A stretch of 64,000 nucleotides of DNA from Fistulifera solaris. Its lineage: Eukaryota. Under the pieces are notes generated by a model. That model saw only the letters and a list, made by a program, of their open reading frames with translations, ran no database searches and had not been told where the DNA came from. A program made the translations under genes and the position numbers. Positions within the stretch are counted from its first letter, which is position 1. Each line of letters begins with the position of its first letter. The DNA is taken from assembly GCA_030295235.1 (NCBI GenBank), contig AP026135.1, positions 1,054,001 through 1,118,000 of the forward strand. Direction: 5' to 3'. Below are positions 12,476 to 23,426 of this stretch, piece after piece.

Positions 12476-15400
12476 CTAGGCAATCCTTTCGTCATGATAT
12501 CCGCGAAGCTGTTCTTTAGTGTCAATCTTGTTGATTTTCAATTCACCACTTTGAACATGTTGTCGGAAGAAATGATATTTCGTGCCATAGTGCTTCGAGC
12601 GAGGGGTCATCCGCGGAATTGTAGCAAGAGTGAGCTCCATTGTTGTCTTCAAATACATCCGAATGGGCAATGCTCTCGACTTGGTCTTCTCCAGTAATAG
12701 CCTTAGCAACAGCAGTAACAAGTCTTCGCATCGGCAAAACATCGCGCATGGCGGTACTCAATGCGACATATTCACTCTCCATCGTACTTAGAGAGATTTC
12801 AGACTGTAGCTTCGATACCCAAAGTAGGGGGCAATTGCCGAGCGTCAAAATATAACCAGTACGCGACTTCACACTTATCGGATCTTCAGGATCTTCCGCA
12901 CCCCACAATCCGGCAAAGTCGGCATCAACAAAACAATCAATTTTCAACTCTTTCGTCGGACGCATCACCAAACCACGATCGGCCGTTCCTTTTAAATAAC
13001 GCACTATTCTCTTGATTGCTTTAGCATGACTTTGCCGTGGTGAATGAGTGAAGCGAGCGCACTGGTGGACAGCAAATGCAATATCCGGTCGAGAGTTTGA
13101 CGACAAGTAGAGCAACATTCCGACAACCGAAGCATAATTCCAAGACTCGGCAAACGCAGCACCAGCCAAATCTTTTCCCAATGGCTTGTTTTCAGCAGGC
13201 GTGTCGCAAGAATTACAATCAGCCATGTCGGTGGCTTCGATGACGCGTTTAATGAGACCTTTCTGGGTCAACTCGATAGTATCTCCACGACGGGTAAACT
13301 GAATTCCCAAGAACGCGGGAAACATCTTTCGACTCCACAGTTAAAGTTAAAACCTTGTCAATAGTGTCAATCATGTCATCCATGCACTTTTCATCGAGAC
13401 TGAACCAAAGGCAATCATCGACATAAGTCAAACAAATAATTTTCTCGTGCACGAACAGGCAAGCATCGATGTCGACCAACTGTTTGAAACCATGCTTCTC
13501 CAAAGTGTCCTTCAACAAGTTGAAGAATCGGAGTGGACTGTCGGACTTTCCGTAAAGCGTCTTCTGGAGCATCAAAACAGTGTCTTCGCCATCGTCGTGA
13601 AATCCTTGAGGCATCTCAATGTAGCACTCTTCAGTAGGTGGCAAAGGGGCTTGAGCAAACGCATTGACATAATCAACTTGGCGGGTATGCATTCCGTGGA
13701 CAATGGACATAATTAACAGCAACCGAACTGTGGACCACTGTACGACAGGAGAGTAGGACTCGAAGTAGTCTACTCCTTTTATCTCCATGTCGCCACGAAC
13801 ACAAAACCTCGCCTTGTACTTCGTGGGTGTCCCATCCGGTGAACGTTTAAGCCGAAACGCCCAAGTGGATTTTATCACGCGCTTATTCGCAGGTACTGAA
13901 GCTCGCGGAATTTTCTTCCACGTCCCCATCATCTCCAACATTCGAATTTCTTTCACCATCGCCTCTTGCCATTCTCGATATTCGGCAGACGACATTGCTT
14001 GATGATACATTGGATAGTCGGGATCGGAACCTTTCTTTGGCTTCTTTGCACGCTGCATAGCGCAAAAGCAACAGGGTCGCTATAAATCAAACTCGCCGAT
14101 CTCCCGAATCCCAACAAGCAACAAGGCCGGAATGAATCGACGCAATAAAAGAGAAAGTTTCGCGAGGAATCGGGCGCAAGAACAACCGAAGCAACGTTTG
14201 TAATAAATTCATTGAATCTCTTTGGAGCACGTCTCTCGCGAGTGGATCGGCGAGGTTCGGCAGGAACAGCTGGTGTCTTCTTCCGGCGAACTTGATGGAG
14301 GCTTGGCATCCACAGCAACCTTTGGAGCAGGAATCGGCTCAACCGGCTTTGAAATAGGCTCAGATAATTTAACAGGAGTAGTAACTGTCTTTTGTTCTGG
14401 CTCCCTCTGCAATGTAGGCTCGTTTGAACTCTTTTCAGTTGTAGGCTCGGCATCGGTTCGTAATCGCTGGTGCACTTTGTCGAAATCAACTGGAGGGCTA
14501 GCAGTGTCTTGGACGGCCAATTTTGCGAGATCGCTCTTGAATTCGAACATGCAACTCATCTTGACTCAACCATTCATCATCCAAGTCGATCGGATCATCC
14601 TCATCGAAAAATACCTGAAAGCGAGATGATGCGAAGATGTCGGCCCAAGTCTCCGGATCGACAGAATCATCCTCATTAGCGACATTCGAAACAGTGGCAA
14701 ACCAATCATCAACAACAACATGGAACTGCGCGGAAATCCGGTTTGTTTCTAGGTTCAGAACGACAGGAACATTCGATGCATGCCGCTTTGACAAACCCAA
14801 GAAAACGCCCGCTCTCGAGCGAGGTTCAAATTTTGGAATCTTGTGCCCATCTTGCAATTGAGGGTTCAAAATATACGCGGGTGATCCCCATACATGCATA
14901 TCAGCAAACACTTTTCGATCGGTCGTTGTTCTGAAGATCATATCAGCCGGAGATGAATTATTTTCGCCGGGTCCGTAGTTGAAATTTTGAACGACATAAT
15001 CGATCGCCTGAGGCCACAAATCCGAAGAAATCGCTTTCGGCCAACGCAGTTTAGCATGTAGCATCGTGGTGCGTGCAAGAGATATAATACTTCCGATCGC
15101 GCGCTCAGCAACAGCATTTTGGTGGTGAGCACCAGGTCCACTGAGAGTCATCGACTGGTAGTTCGTATCAATTTGCTTTGTGAACTCCTGCGCCCGTAGC
15201 GTGCCATTGTCGGTATGATATTGGACCACCGTGATGCCGTGATTAGCCATTGCACTTTCGAACTCCAACTTGGCGCAAAGCCTCGCCAGCAGTAAAATTC
15301 AAAACGTGAACGACGTACACGAATCCACTTGCATGATCGACAAAAATCACACCGCCTTTGAACTTCTCATCATCTTTGGTACCACCGAAACCAGAGTAGA

Positions 15401-18400
15401 GACGTCCCCTCGTTGAAACAGAGAAGTGATCCATTGAAACCTTCTGGCCCGGAATTAAAATATCCTTCGAGAGAACTTTGGATTGGCGATCGACGGTCAA
15501 TTTTGCTCCAGTCGACTTGCGCTTTCCTTTTCCATACATGCAAGCAGCGCACTTGGGAATATCACAACGCGCCGCCGCTTTGACTTCAGCAGACTTTCCG
15601 AGCGCCGGTTTTGAGCAAGGCTTGAATATTTTTCATGCTTCGGTGAACAAATCGGAAATGTAAGCGAAGAAGAAATTTCTGTGCTTCACTCAAGTTTTGA
15701 TTCTCAGCCAGCGGTCACACAGTTTCGAATCTTTGCAGCATTGAGAGCAACAGATTGTTTTCGGAACATCTCCAGAGTAGGCAAGTTGTTTTCCGGAGAG
15801 TAAACAATATCAAGAAAGTGGCCGTCCAACAGATCGACATGAATGAGGCTCGAGTCGCCTGAAAAACGCGGTTCGTCGTTACGTTGGCGCCTTCACCAAT
15901 TGACAGTAGGACTGTGGGCTGAAGAGTCGGACATTGGCATCGGGCACATGTAGCCCAGGGATCCGAAAAGTAAAGCCCTTGCCGTTGGACAGAGTAACAG
16001 TCCACTCAAGAGTGCCCGTGCCGGCAATCGAAGAACCTGCAGCAAAGCCAGACAAAACTTTATCGCCAGTAGTCGGAGTGTAGGACGTGAAGTCAGCACG
16101 GTCGAAAGTAACAGCAACTGTGGCTCCAGTATCCCAAATAACCGGAAACAGATCCGCCATGGTAGGCTTTCCAGCGACATGCACTTGATGCAAAGCAGGG
16201 AGGGCATAAATAGACGGGGGCAGCTTCGCGTACGGTGCAAAGTAGGCTTTAGAGTTGTCTACACTATTATCTCCCTCTCGAAGCAACATCGTCTCACTTT
16301 CACTAGCAGCTCCCTCTGGAAAGAAATGCCCAGTGGGATAGCAAAACAGAAGAGAGTCGTCCAGTAGGTTCCAAGGCTTAGGATGCCCGTTCGGCGGACA
16401 CGATAAATCTAAAGACTTCGGTACACAAATGGCCATTGCTGTCAATCATATCCGGAAGCTCCAAGGCCCAACGAGGAATCGCCCGAAGTCTTCGACGACG
16501 TTTGCTCCTCTCGCAGTTTCCCCGACAAAACGATTTTGCTTGCGAGCCGAAAAACACCATCCTCACCATGCTGACAAGACGAATCGTTTGAAGATGAAGA
16601 AGGATCAGGAGGTCGGCGCAAACGTCGGCTGCGATCACTTGGATGAAACTGGTAGCAGCCATGCCAGGGCGGGCACCAAGTTGACTCCATAAACAACACC
16701 GGGGGCGCCGAGCGTAAGCGTCACTCGCCACATGCTCGTCATGATCGAAGAAAGCACCATGAAACGACACGGGAGAGAGATGAGACGCTCGGGCAAAGGC
16801 GTGAATCGGCCGAAGACCAAGAGAGCGACGATGAGAGCGGCACTTTGGGCACGCAACCACTTCGAGATGGTCGCAGCAACACGGAAATGGACGCCACCAA
16901 GAAAAGCACTCCACAATCAACCAGCAAAGAATAAAATGCTTGAAAGCTCCAACAATAAACGACCGATAAATATGGACAAAAGGCTCAGGAAGGGACCTCG
17001 ATCGAAGGTTCACCTTCCCTGCCGATTTCCTATTCGAATCGCTGTCGGAACCCCAACAGAACTGCAAGGGTGCCGTCCAAGCTTGAGCAACATTAGCGGC
17101 AGGAGGCGGCGGGCTTGGCATCAGCGGGCTTCTCTTCTTTGCTCTTGTGCTCGTCGGTTCCATGAGTCTGGTTCCAACGCTTGCACTTGGCGCCAATAAT
17201 AGAAAGTCTTGCCGTACTTGGTCATGGTGGTGGGCTCGCCGTCCTTGGCGATGCGAGTCCAACGAGTTTCGGTCGAACCACTGCTTTTCTTTTCGCCATC
17301 ACCACCGCTAGCCTTCGGAGCAGCCTTGTCTTTGTTCGCCTTCTTGTCTTTGGTCTTCGAGGGAGGCAGTTTTAGTGCCGTTCGACTCGAATTTCGACTT
17401 GAGGGTCTTGAACTCGGCTTTGAGACTCTTGATAGCCGCAGTATTAGCACTAACATCAGTAGCAACTCCTTTAGCCGGTCCCCAATCGTCCTTAAGGGTG
17501 CTGTAGAAATCTTTAGCTTCATGGAGAATGCGGCGATAGTTTGTATAACCGCTCATCCTTTCAGCAACTTCCTTCGACTTTCCGGCAGAGAGACGCACAA
17601 AGTCGGAGAGAGATGCCAACCGTGTGCCAGTGAACACGGAACGCCGACCGAACATTTGCACAGCTGCTGCTGCAAAATAATCAAGTGGTCGCGAGGGAGC
17701 TGGTCATTAGCTTCCAACTCCTGCAAAGTCTCCATCTGCGCATTCGCCCAAGCAGCAACATTCTCACCGGGAGTTTCAACCAACGTGCGCCGTGAACTCC
17801 TCTCCGAGCTCTGAGACACGGCCGAAATCGCGTTGGGAAGAACTTCTTCGGTGATTTTCATCCAAACCAAAGGGCCAAAGCAGCGCATGGCCGGAACTCA
17901 AGGAAGTACGAATCGTGCGCTGGAAGGAGCGCTCCAACGAGTTGAGCAGAAAAGCAGCCGAATCGCTTAGCGAGTTGATCATGTACTGATCAAAGACACC
18001 GGACTTGATCATGTCTTCGAGATGCTTCAGCGACTTCGTCGAAAGTGAACTTGCCATGGTACACGAAGAGATCGATGACACGACTGAGATCAGCAGGATC
18101 ATTCATGTAGAACGGCGATCGAGACCATGCGTAATACAATGGTTGAACGCTTCATCCTAGCGAGCTCAACAAGGCGGTAGTCATTCGCGGTAGGACTGAA
18201 CTTGGGGTCGAGACCGGCGATGCGATCCTTAAAACTTTTCTCAGCGATAAGGATTCGGATCTCGGAAGCAGTAGGGGCGTCGCAGGCACAAGGTTAACAC
18301 TCGCGAGTAAAGTTTGCATCCGGAGGACCACCAATAGCTGGGATAGAACCTTGAACAAGGCCGAACTTTGGCGAGAACGGGCTCGGAAAAAGTGGCCTGA

Positions 18401-18404
18401 ACAT
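12476..18404 (-). CDS. Copia gag-pol polyprotein, broken by multiple frameshifts
   Basis: Fragments: gag with a Cys/His knuckle near 17150-17200, protease 15879-16445, integrase 14498-15539, RT 13249-14058, RNase H 12476-13325; start tentatively ATG at 18404. Confidence 0.88.
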
Positions 18405-18585
18405 CCTTTTCGACTTTTGGGCGCCGGTGAAACTGCGAGTCGAGTACCGGCGGTCACCGGAGGAGGTTTCCTGTCATCAGTTTCGGCTATCGGAAGACAT
18501 ATCGCGAATAACGAAAGGCGACAAAAGGGAGTAAGTAGGGCACGTGTATCAAACAACTGCAAAGACTGTACCAGATAGTGTGAAT

Positions 18586-18599
18586 CTGGGCTCGTAACC
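18586..18599 (-). other. Primer-binding site GGTTACGAGCCCAG (initiator tRNA-Met half-molecule type)
   Basis: Directly abuts the 5' LTR; plus strand CTGGGCTCGTAACC resembles the tRNAiMet anticodon arm CUGGGCUCAUAACC; cf. Drosophila copia PBS GGTTATGGGCCCAG. Confidence 0.8.
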
Positions 18600-19051
18600 T
18601 CTCACGTATCGACGGACAGAAACAGAAATTCTGTCAACCAAGTCGCTACGTTTAGCAACAACAGAAGAGGAAGTATCTGGTAGAGCTAAGACGATAAACA
18701 GTCAAAGTTTTCCAAACAACAATATTATGAAGCCTTTACAAATCCGACAAATGAACAAGGTGGAATCTCACTGGGTGATGGTTCCGCCGAGAATGTCACT
18801 GCCATCGGACTAGGTCTTGTTTTATCTTGAAATTCTGAGCTCACGTATGTGGCTCTAACATTCTTGTATCGCGTTGCTTGCAAACCTTTCACGCCTTCAC
18901 GATCAACCCAAATCGTGCAAAGACCCTTGGGCCTCGCCCAAGAGGTTACATTCCGGATGCTTCCGATTTGGGGATCGGAATTCGCATTAGGTCGTGCGGC
19001 CATATTGGCTGAGTCCCTAGTAGTCTGCCCGCTATCCGCATTTCCGTGACA
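18600..19051 (-). repeat. Copia 5' LTR (452 bp)
   Basis: Direct repeat of 11951-12401. Confidence 0.95.
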
Positions 19052-19069
19052 GTGAAGCGTAAAAGTCCA

Positions 19070-19184
19070 CCCCAGATTTTATGGGGCACGTGGAACCACT
19101 ACACTCCCAGATTTTCTGGGAACGTGAGTGAGGACACCGTACCACTAACTTTCCAATAACCTGGTAGCCCAGATTTTCTGTGGA
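19070..19184. repeat. Array of the CCCAGATTTTCTGGG-like dyad (copies at 19071, 19106, 19168)
   Basis: Same unit as the array at 42211-42432. Confidence 0.8.
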
Positions 19185-20513
19185 CGCGAAACCCCGCCGT
19201 TTTCATAGAAAAAGTCCGATTGGAAAAACGACCTGTACCGTTAACTTGCAAGGTAGTAGAATCGCGTTTGAAAAAATTCATACGAAAAGGCAAACATAAA
19301 AGACATAGTGCGCCGAAAGAAGATGAGAATTTACAGTTCGACAGTGACGGATATTTCTCAAAAGAAATGCTTCTGTGGACCTGGCGATACCAGGTACAGT
19401 GCAAATTGTGAAAAGCTCAAACGAAGTTTATCACGATCAGATCTGAGCGCACTGAAACACTTCACGCATTACACACCGCAAGTCGGAAGAGGTCGCGTCA
19501 ATATTCATTCGATTCCTTCATTCATGACAGTGTTTCTGTTTTCTGTTTCTCTTCTTATCGCTTTTTGTGAAGCTGCTGGCTCAAGGTCGAGAACTTCCTC
19601 CTCTAACTCGACTTACATCAAAAGCCACGCAGATACGGCGGGTCGATTGCAAGGAATGGAGCGTCGTTTCTCGTCGATATTTCGAAAGGAGATGCTCCTT
19701 TTGAATCATTAAAAAGCTGACGAGTTGTTTTGAAACAAGGCTGTTTTTGGAACAAGAAATATCCGTCAGTTAGTTGTTTCCACGCGCTTCTAGGTCGAAC
19801 GCGAGAAAATGGTCTGCATCGCTCGCTCCAGAAACACTGAGCTAATGATCGAAAGTGATATGCAGATCTAGGACTTTGTACAAGGTGGTACTGTCGCTGA
19901 ACAGCAACATCAGAGACAACCAAACCGTACTATCTACGCCGTATTTGCCACTGCTTTGCAATTTCACTTGAAGTCGTCAGATGCTGACAAGTTTCAAGTT
20001 ACCTGACACACAAGATATTGTCGCGCACCACCGCATGGGAGATCAGACAAAGGACTTGCACAGATATCATCGCATTAGCGCACGCAATAGAAACAACGAA
20101 TGGATCGTGTTTCGGTTTCGGGACAAACCTCGTCGGAGTGCGGCTTCGGTTGGGAGCGATACGGATGAAGTGGCTACTTGTTAATTGTGTGATATCTGAA
20201 CAATTATTGCACAGAGCATAGTCATTGTAACAATTTACTCCAAGATATATGAATCGATCGCTATAATGGAGCCATCCAAATTTGTTGGGAAGGATGAAAC
20301 GCCATTTTGGTATTTGAAGCCAAACCCATCTCGCTTCAAAAATGCACCGTCTTTTTTTTGAGAAAGAACCCACTCATGTACGGACCATAAATGATCAAAC
20401 CAATGATGTGGCATTGTGGCATTGTGGCATCGATACACCCTGTGTTGTACAAGTGTGCTGCTCAATTGTTGACCTCAGTCGATCCTATCATCCGTTCGCA
20501 CAACATTTAAACT

Positions 20514-21996
20514 GCAGAAAAACTAAAGCAAATAGCCAGTCGCACGACCACGAAAAGGCGTCACACGGAATTGGGCATCAGAAAGAGAACAGCGGATATG
20601 GAGATACAAACGAGTAGTATTGAAGCAAAGGGATTGATTGGGAATTAGTGTATTCTTGACGATGTCCAACATTGTGAATGACGCCTATGATACTATGGAA
20701 TTGACGAAGAGGAAGAGCGACTGACCATTTGTACTAGTAACTGAGCCGTTTTGATTCGAACGCAGCGATTCGGAAACGCTTGCAGCATGCACAAGATGAG
20801 CTTTCATCTCAAAGGAGGCAGGGAAGCATTGCAAAGTGTCATTTGTGGCAGCTTTATGACATCTCTCGCTCACAGTGCTTTATGAAAGCATCACGAGACC
20901 GAATATTAGGACGATGAGTTGGATGAGCTTCTCCCGTCGTCGCCAGTACCCGCCATCGACATCCATCAGTTGTATTAATTAATTATTTTTAATTATTTGC
21001 TTTTGCTTTTGCTTTTGAAATGAACAAAATGTTAGCATGAAGGTGTTGTGGTATACATTTTTCATTGTGCTGGGACATATGGGGGACCCTTGCTAGTGCC
21101 CGTAACCGCTAACCTATTTCTAGGATAACTCATAAGCACTGCAAGAGCTCCGAAGACGTTAAGCAGATGTCAACAATCGATCACAAACGCCCATGTATCC
21201 GGTTGGGAGCGGAAAGGCGAATGTGGCTTTCATAAGCTGCTCAGCGGGTGAACCCCAAACCCCGCTCAACCGTTACCATTGCTTCACCTATCATCGGCGC
21301 ACGCAGTTCTTCGGCACGCCTCATGGATCACACAACTCAGGTGAAGAACTTTTCCGAGCACAATGCTCCAACTGCGTGTTTTCCGGTAAGGCAGGAAGCC
21401 TCGCAAACAGGCAAGCGAATCGTCGAGACGACACGAGGTTCCCATTTTGCGAGACGACTCCTCCTTCCTCGGGACATACGCACCACAACCCTTCATGCGC
21501 TCCCACTGAGTATTCAACCATACGGTCCCAAGCTGTGATCGCAGGCCACAGCTTTGGCAACAACTGAATACGGGGAGGACATCAAACCTCTCTCAGTCGC
21601 CTTTGAGAGGAGATGTGAGAAGAAGAAGAACGCAGCGAAAAAGAGAGAAGCAAATTCAGCGATGCGCTTCTACCGAAAATCAAGATGTTGTTTGTGTTCA
21701 CAAAATCAATTTAAAATCATTTAGGGAAAGCTATCTTAAGTATTTCTGACTTGAGCAACGGTTTTCCCCATGTGTTGGGATCCCACGACCACGACCCACG
21801 AATGAATGAATGTCGCCATATACGCGTCTATATATTCTTCAATAGGTGCGAGCCCGCCTACTCCTATCTCACAAGCAACATCCGCGTTTCAAATTCAAAA
21901 ATCGAACAAAGGGGGGGAAAGAAAGGAGTCAAGCTAACTGGAGGCACCTTTGTGTGCCTTGACGATGATGGTGGATGAAATGGATGTTTTGTTTTC
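20514..21996 (+). repeat. Left arm of a ~1.48-kb inverted duplication (partner 35211-36696)
   Basis: Reverse-complement match along the whole length; the ORF track gives near-identical ORF pairs (21193..21567 + vs 35641..36015 -). Confidence 0.95.
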
Positions 21997-22141
21997 ATGC
22001 TTTTTTATCATTCGGTGTTGGCATTTCCATTGCAATGCTTCGATGAGTAATTTTGTCTGCCTGTCTGTGGCTGCGTAAAACAATGCGATTGAAGAGTTAC
22101 ACTTGCATCACATAATAACGACCCTCATAAAAAAGACAATA

Positions 22142-23321
22142 ATGAAAGTTAACAAGAATAAGCAACTACACACGCCTCTTTCTCATCTTCCGTTACGTCC
22201 TTCGACGCAACAATTATTTGCAACACGAGGCTTTCATTCCCAACAAGAAGTGCAAGAATCCTTTCGCTCGGGAGGACTCTCCAATTTGGCGGCCGAACTC
22301 GGCATTGCTTTGTCAGAAGCCGGTCGAATCTGGCAGGAACTACAGTCGCTCGATCATGATGCTCAAAAGAAAATCAAATTTCATTGACGAACCGTCGACC
22401 GGTCTCGGCGCAAGAATTGCTCGCACAACGCCCCGAAGGAGCTTCCAACATTATCACATTTTGTCGACAAATAGATCAAATGCTCCGCGGAGGCATTCCG
22501 TTAGGTGAATTAACCGAACTCGCGGGAAGTCCTGGTGCCGGGAAAACACAATGGGGCATGCAGTTGGCTGTCAATGCCCGATTGACCAGCTGGACCGGAG
22601 GTGTGCAAGGCGAAACCTGTTACATTGATACGGAAGGGAGTTTCTCTCCGGAACGATGTTATGATATGGCAAAGGCTTTGATACATCATGTACAATCGGG
22701 ATTAGGAAGAAGACGACAGCGTCATCCGTATCTTCCCGAACGTTGGGATATCACGCCCGAAGACATTTTGAAAGGAATTTATGTCATTCGCGTTCACGAC
22801 AACGCGGCCTTACAAGCGACTTTCGAAGGAAGCTTACCGCAACTTTGCGAGAACGAGCACAAACCGACTTTCCCATCAAACTAGTGGTGGTGGATAGCAT
22901 CGCCTTTCCGGTTCGAGCGACGCCCATGAGTGTCAAGGGTGATGATGTGGAGTTTTTCGTCGCACGATCACGACAACTCACAGTCTATGCAAATCAGTTA
23001 GCGCATCTGGCGGCACACCACGATCTCGCTGCCGTGGCGATCAACCAAATGACGACCAAACTGAAGGACGATGGCGGGGAGTTGATACCAGCTTTGGGAG
23101 AGTCCTGGGCGCACGCGGTCACCACTCGGTTGATATTGTCTCATCATCGTGGAACTAACGAGCGAACTTGTACGCTGGCCAAGTCCCCGAGACTTCCGGC
23201 AGCGTCCGCGAACTATCAAGTCACGTCCGCGGGGATTCGGGGAGTGGAAAACTCCAATGCGTCCAACTCCCAAGCCTCTGGGCAGAAACGCGCCCTAGAA
23301 GATCCTCAAATGACGAATTAG
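22142..23321 (+). CDS. RAD51C: RAD51 paralog, RAD51C-like; apparent frameshifts near 22375 and 22845
   Basis: IITFCRQIDQML.GGIP, Walker A GSPGAGKT, YIDTEGSF, Walker B LVVVDSIA, NQMTT, PALGESWAH. Confidence 0.88.
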
Positions 23322-23426
23322 ACAATAATACCCCTCTCATCTTTAAAAAATAATGACTGATACACTATTGACTCTAGCGGAACTTCGGTGCCTATTCGAG
23401 ACATTGTACGGTGAGCGTGAGTTCTT

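Larger units (their letters stand above)
11951..19051 (-). mobile_element. Full-length Ty1/Copia LTR retrotransposon (CoDi-like) with 5-bp TSD GTGAA
   Basis: Direct LTRs 11951-12401 and 18600-19051; GTGAA at 11946-11950 and 19052-19056; order gag-PR(WDTGA)-IN(HTDNG, QNAVAER)-RT(YVDD)-RNaseH(DADFAG, EDNNGA). Confidence 0.97.

Noticed and set aside
19523..20513. Possible decayed gene for a secreted protein (MTVFLFSVSLLIAFCEAAG...)
   Set aside because: Frame closes after ~62 codons and no recognisable family in the downstream fragments; cannot support a call
20700..21115. piggyBac-like 3' remnant within the inverted-repeat arm (Cys-containing fragments, CCC/GGG-rich end)
   Set aside because: No TTAA-flanked TIR pair or DDD domain is visible; the resemblance is too weak
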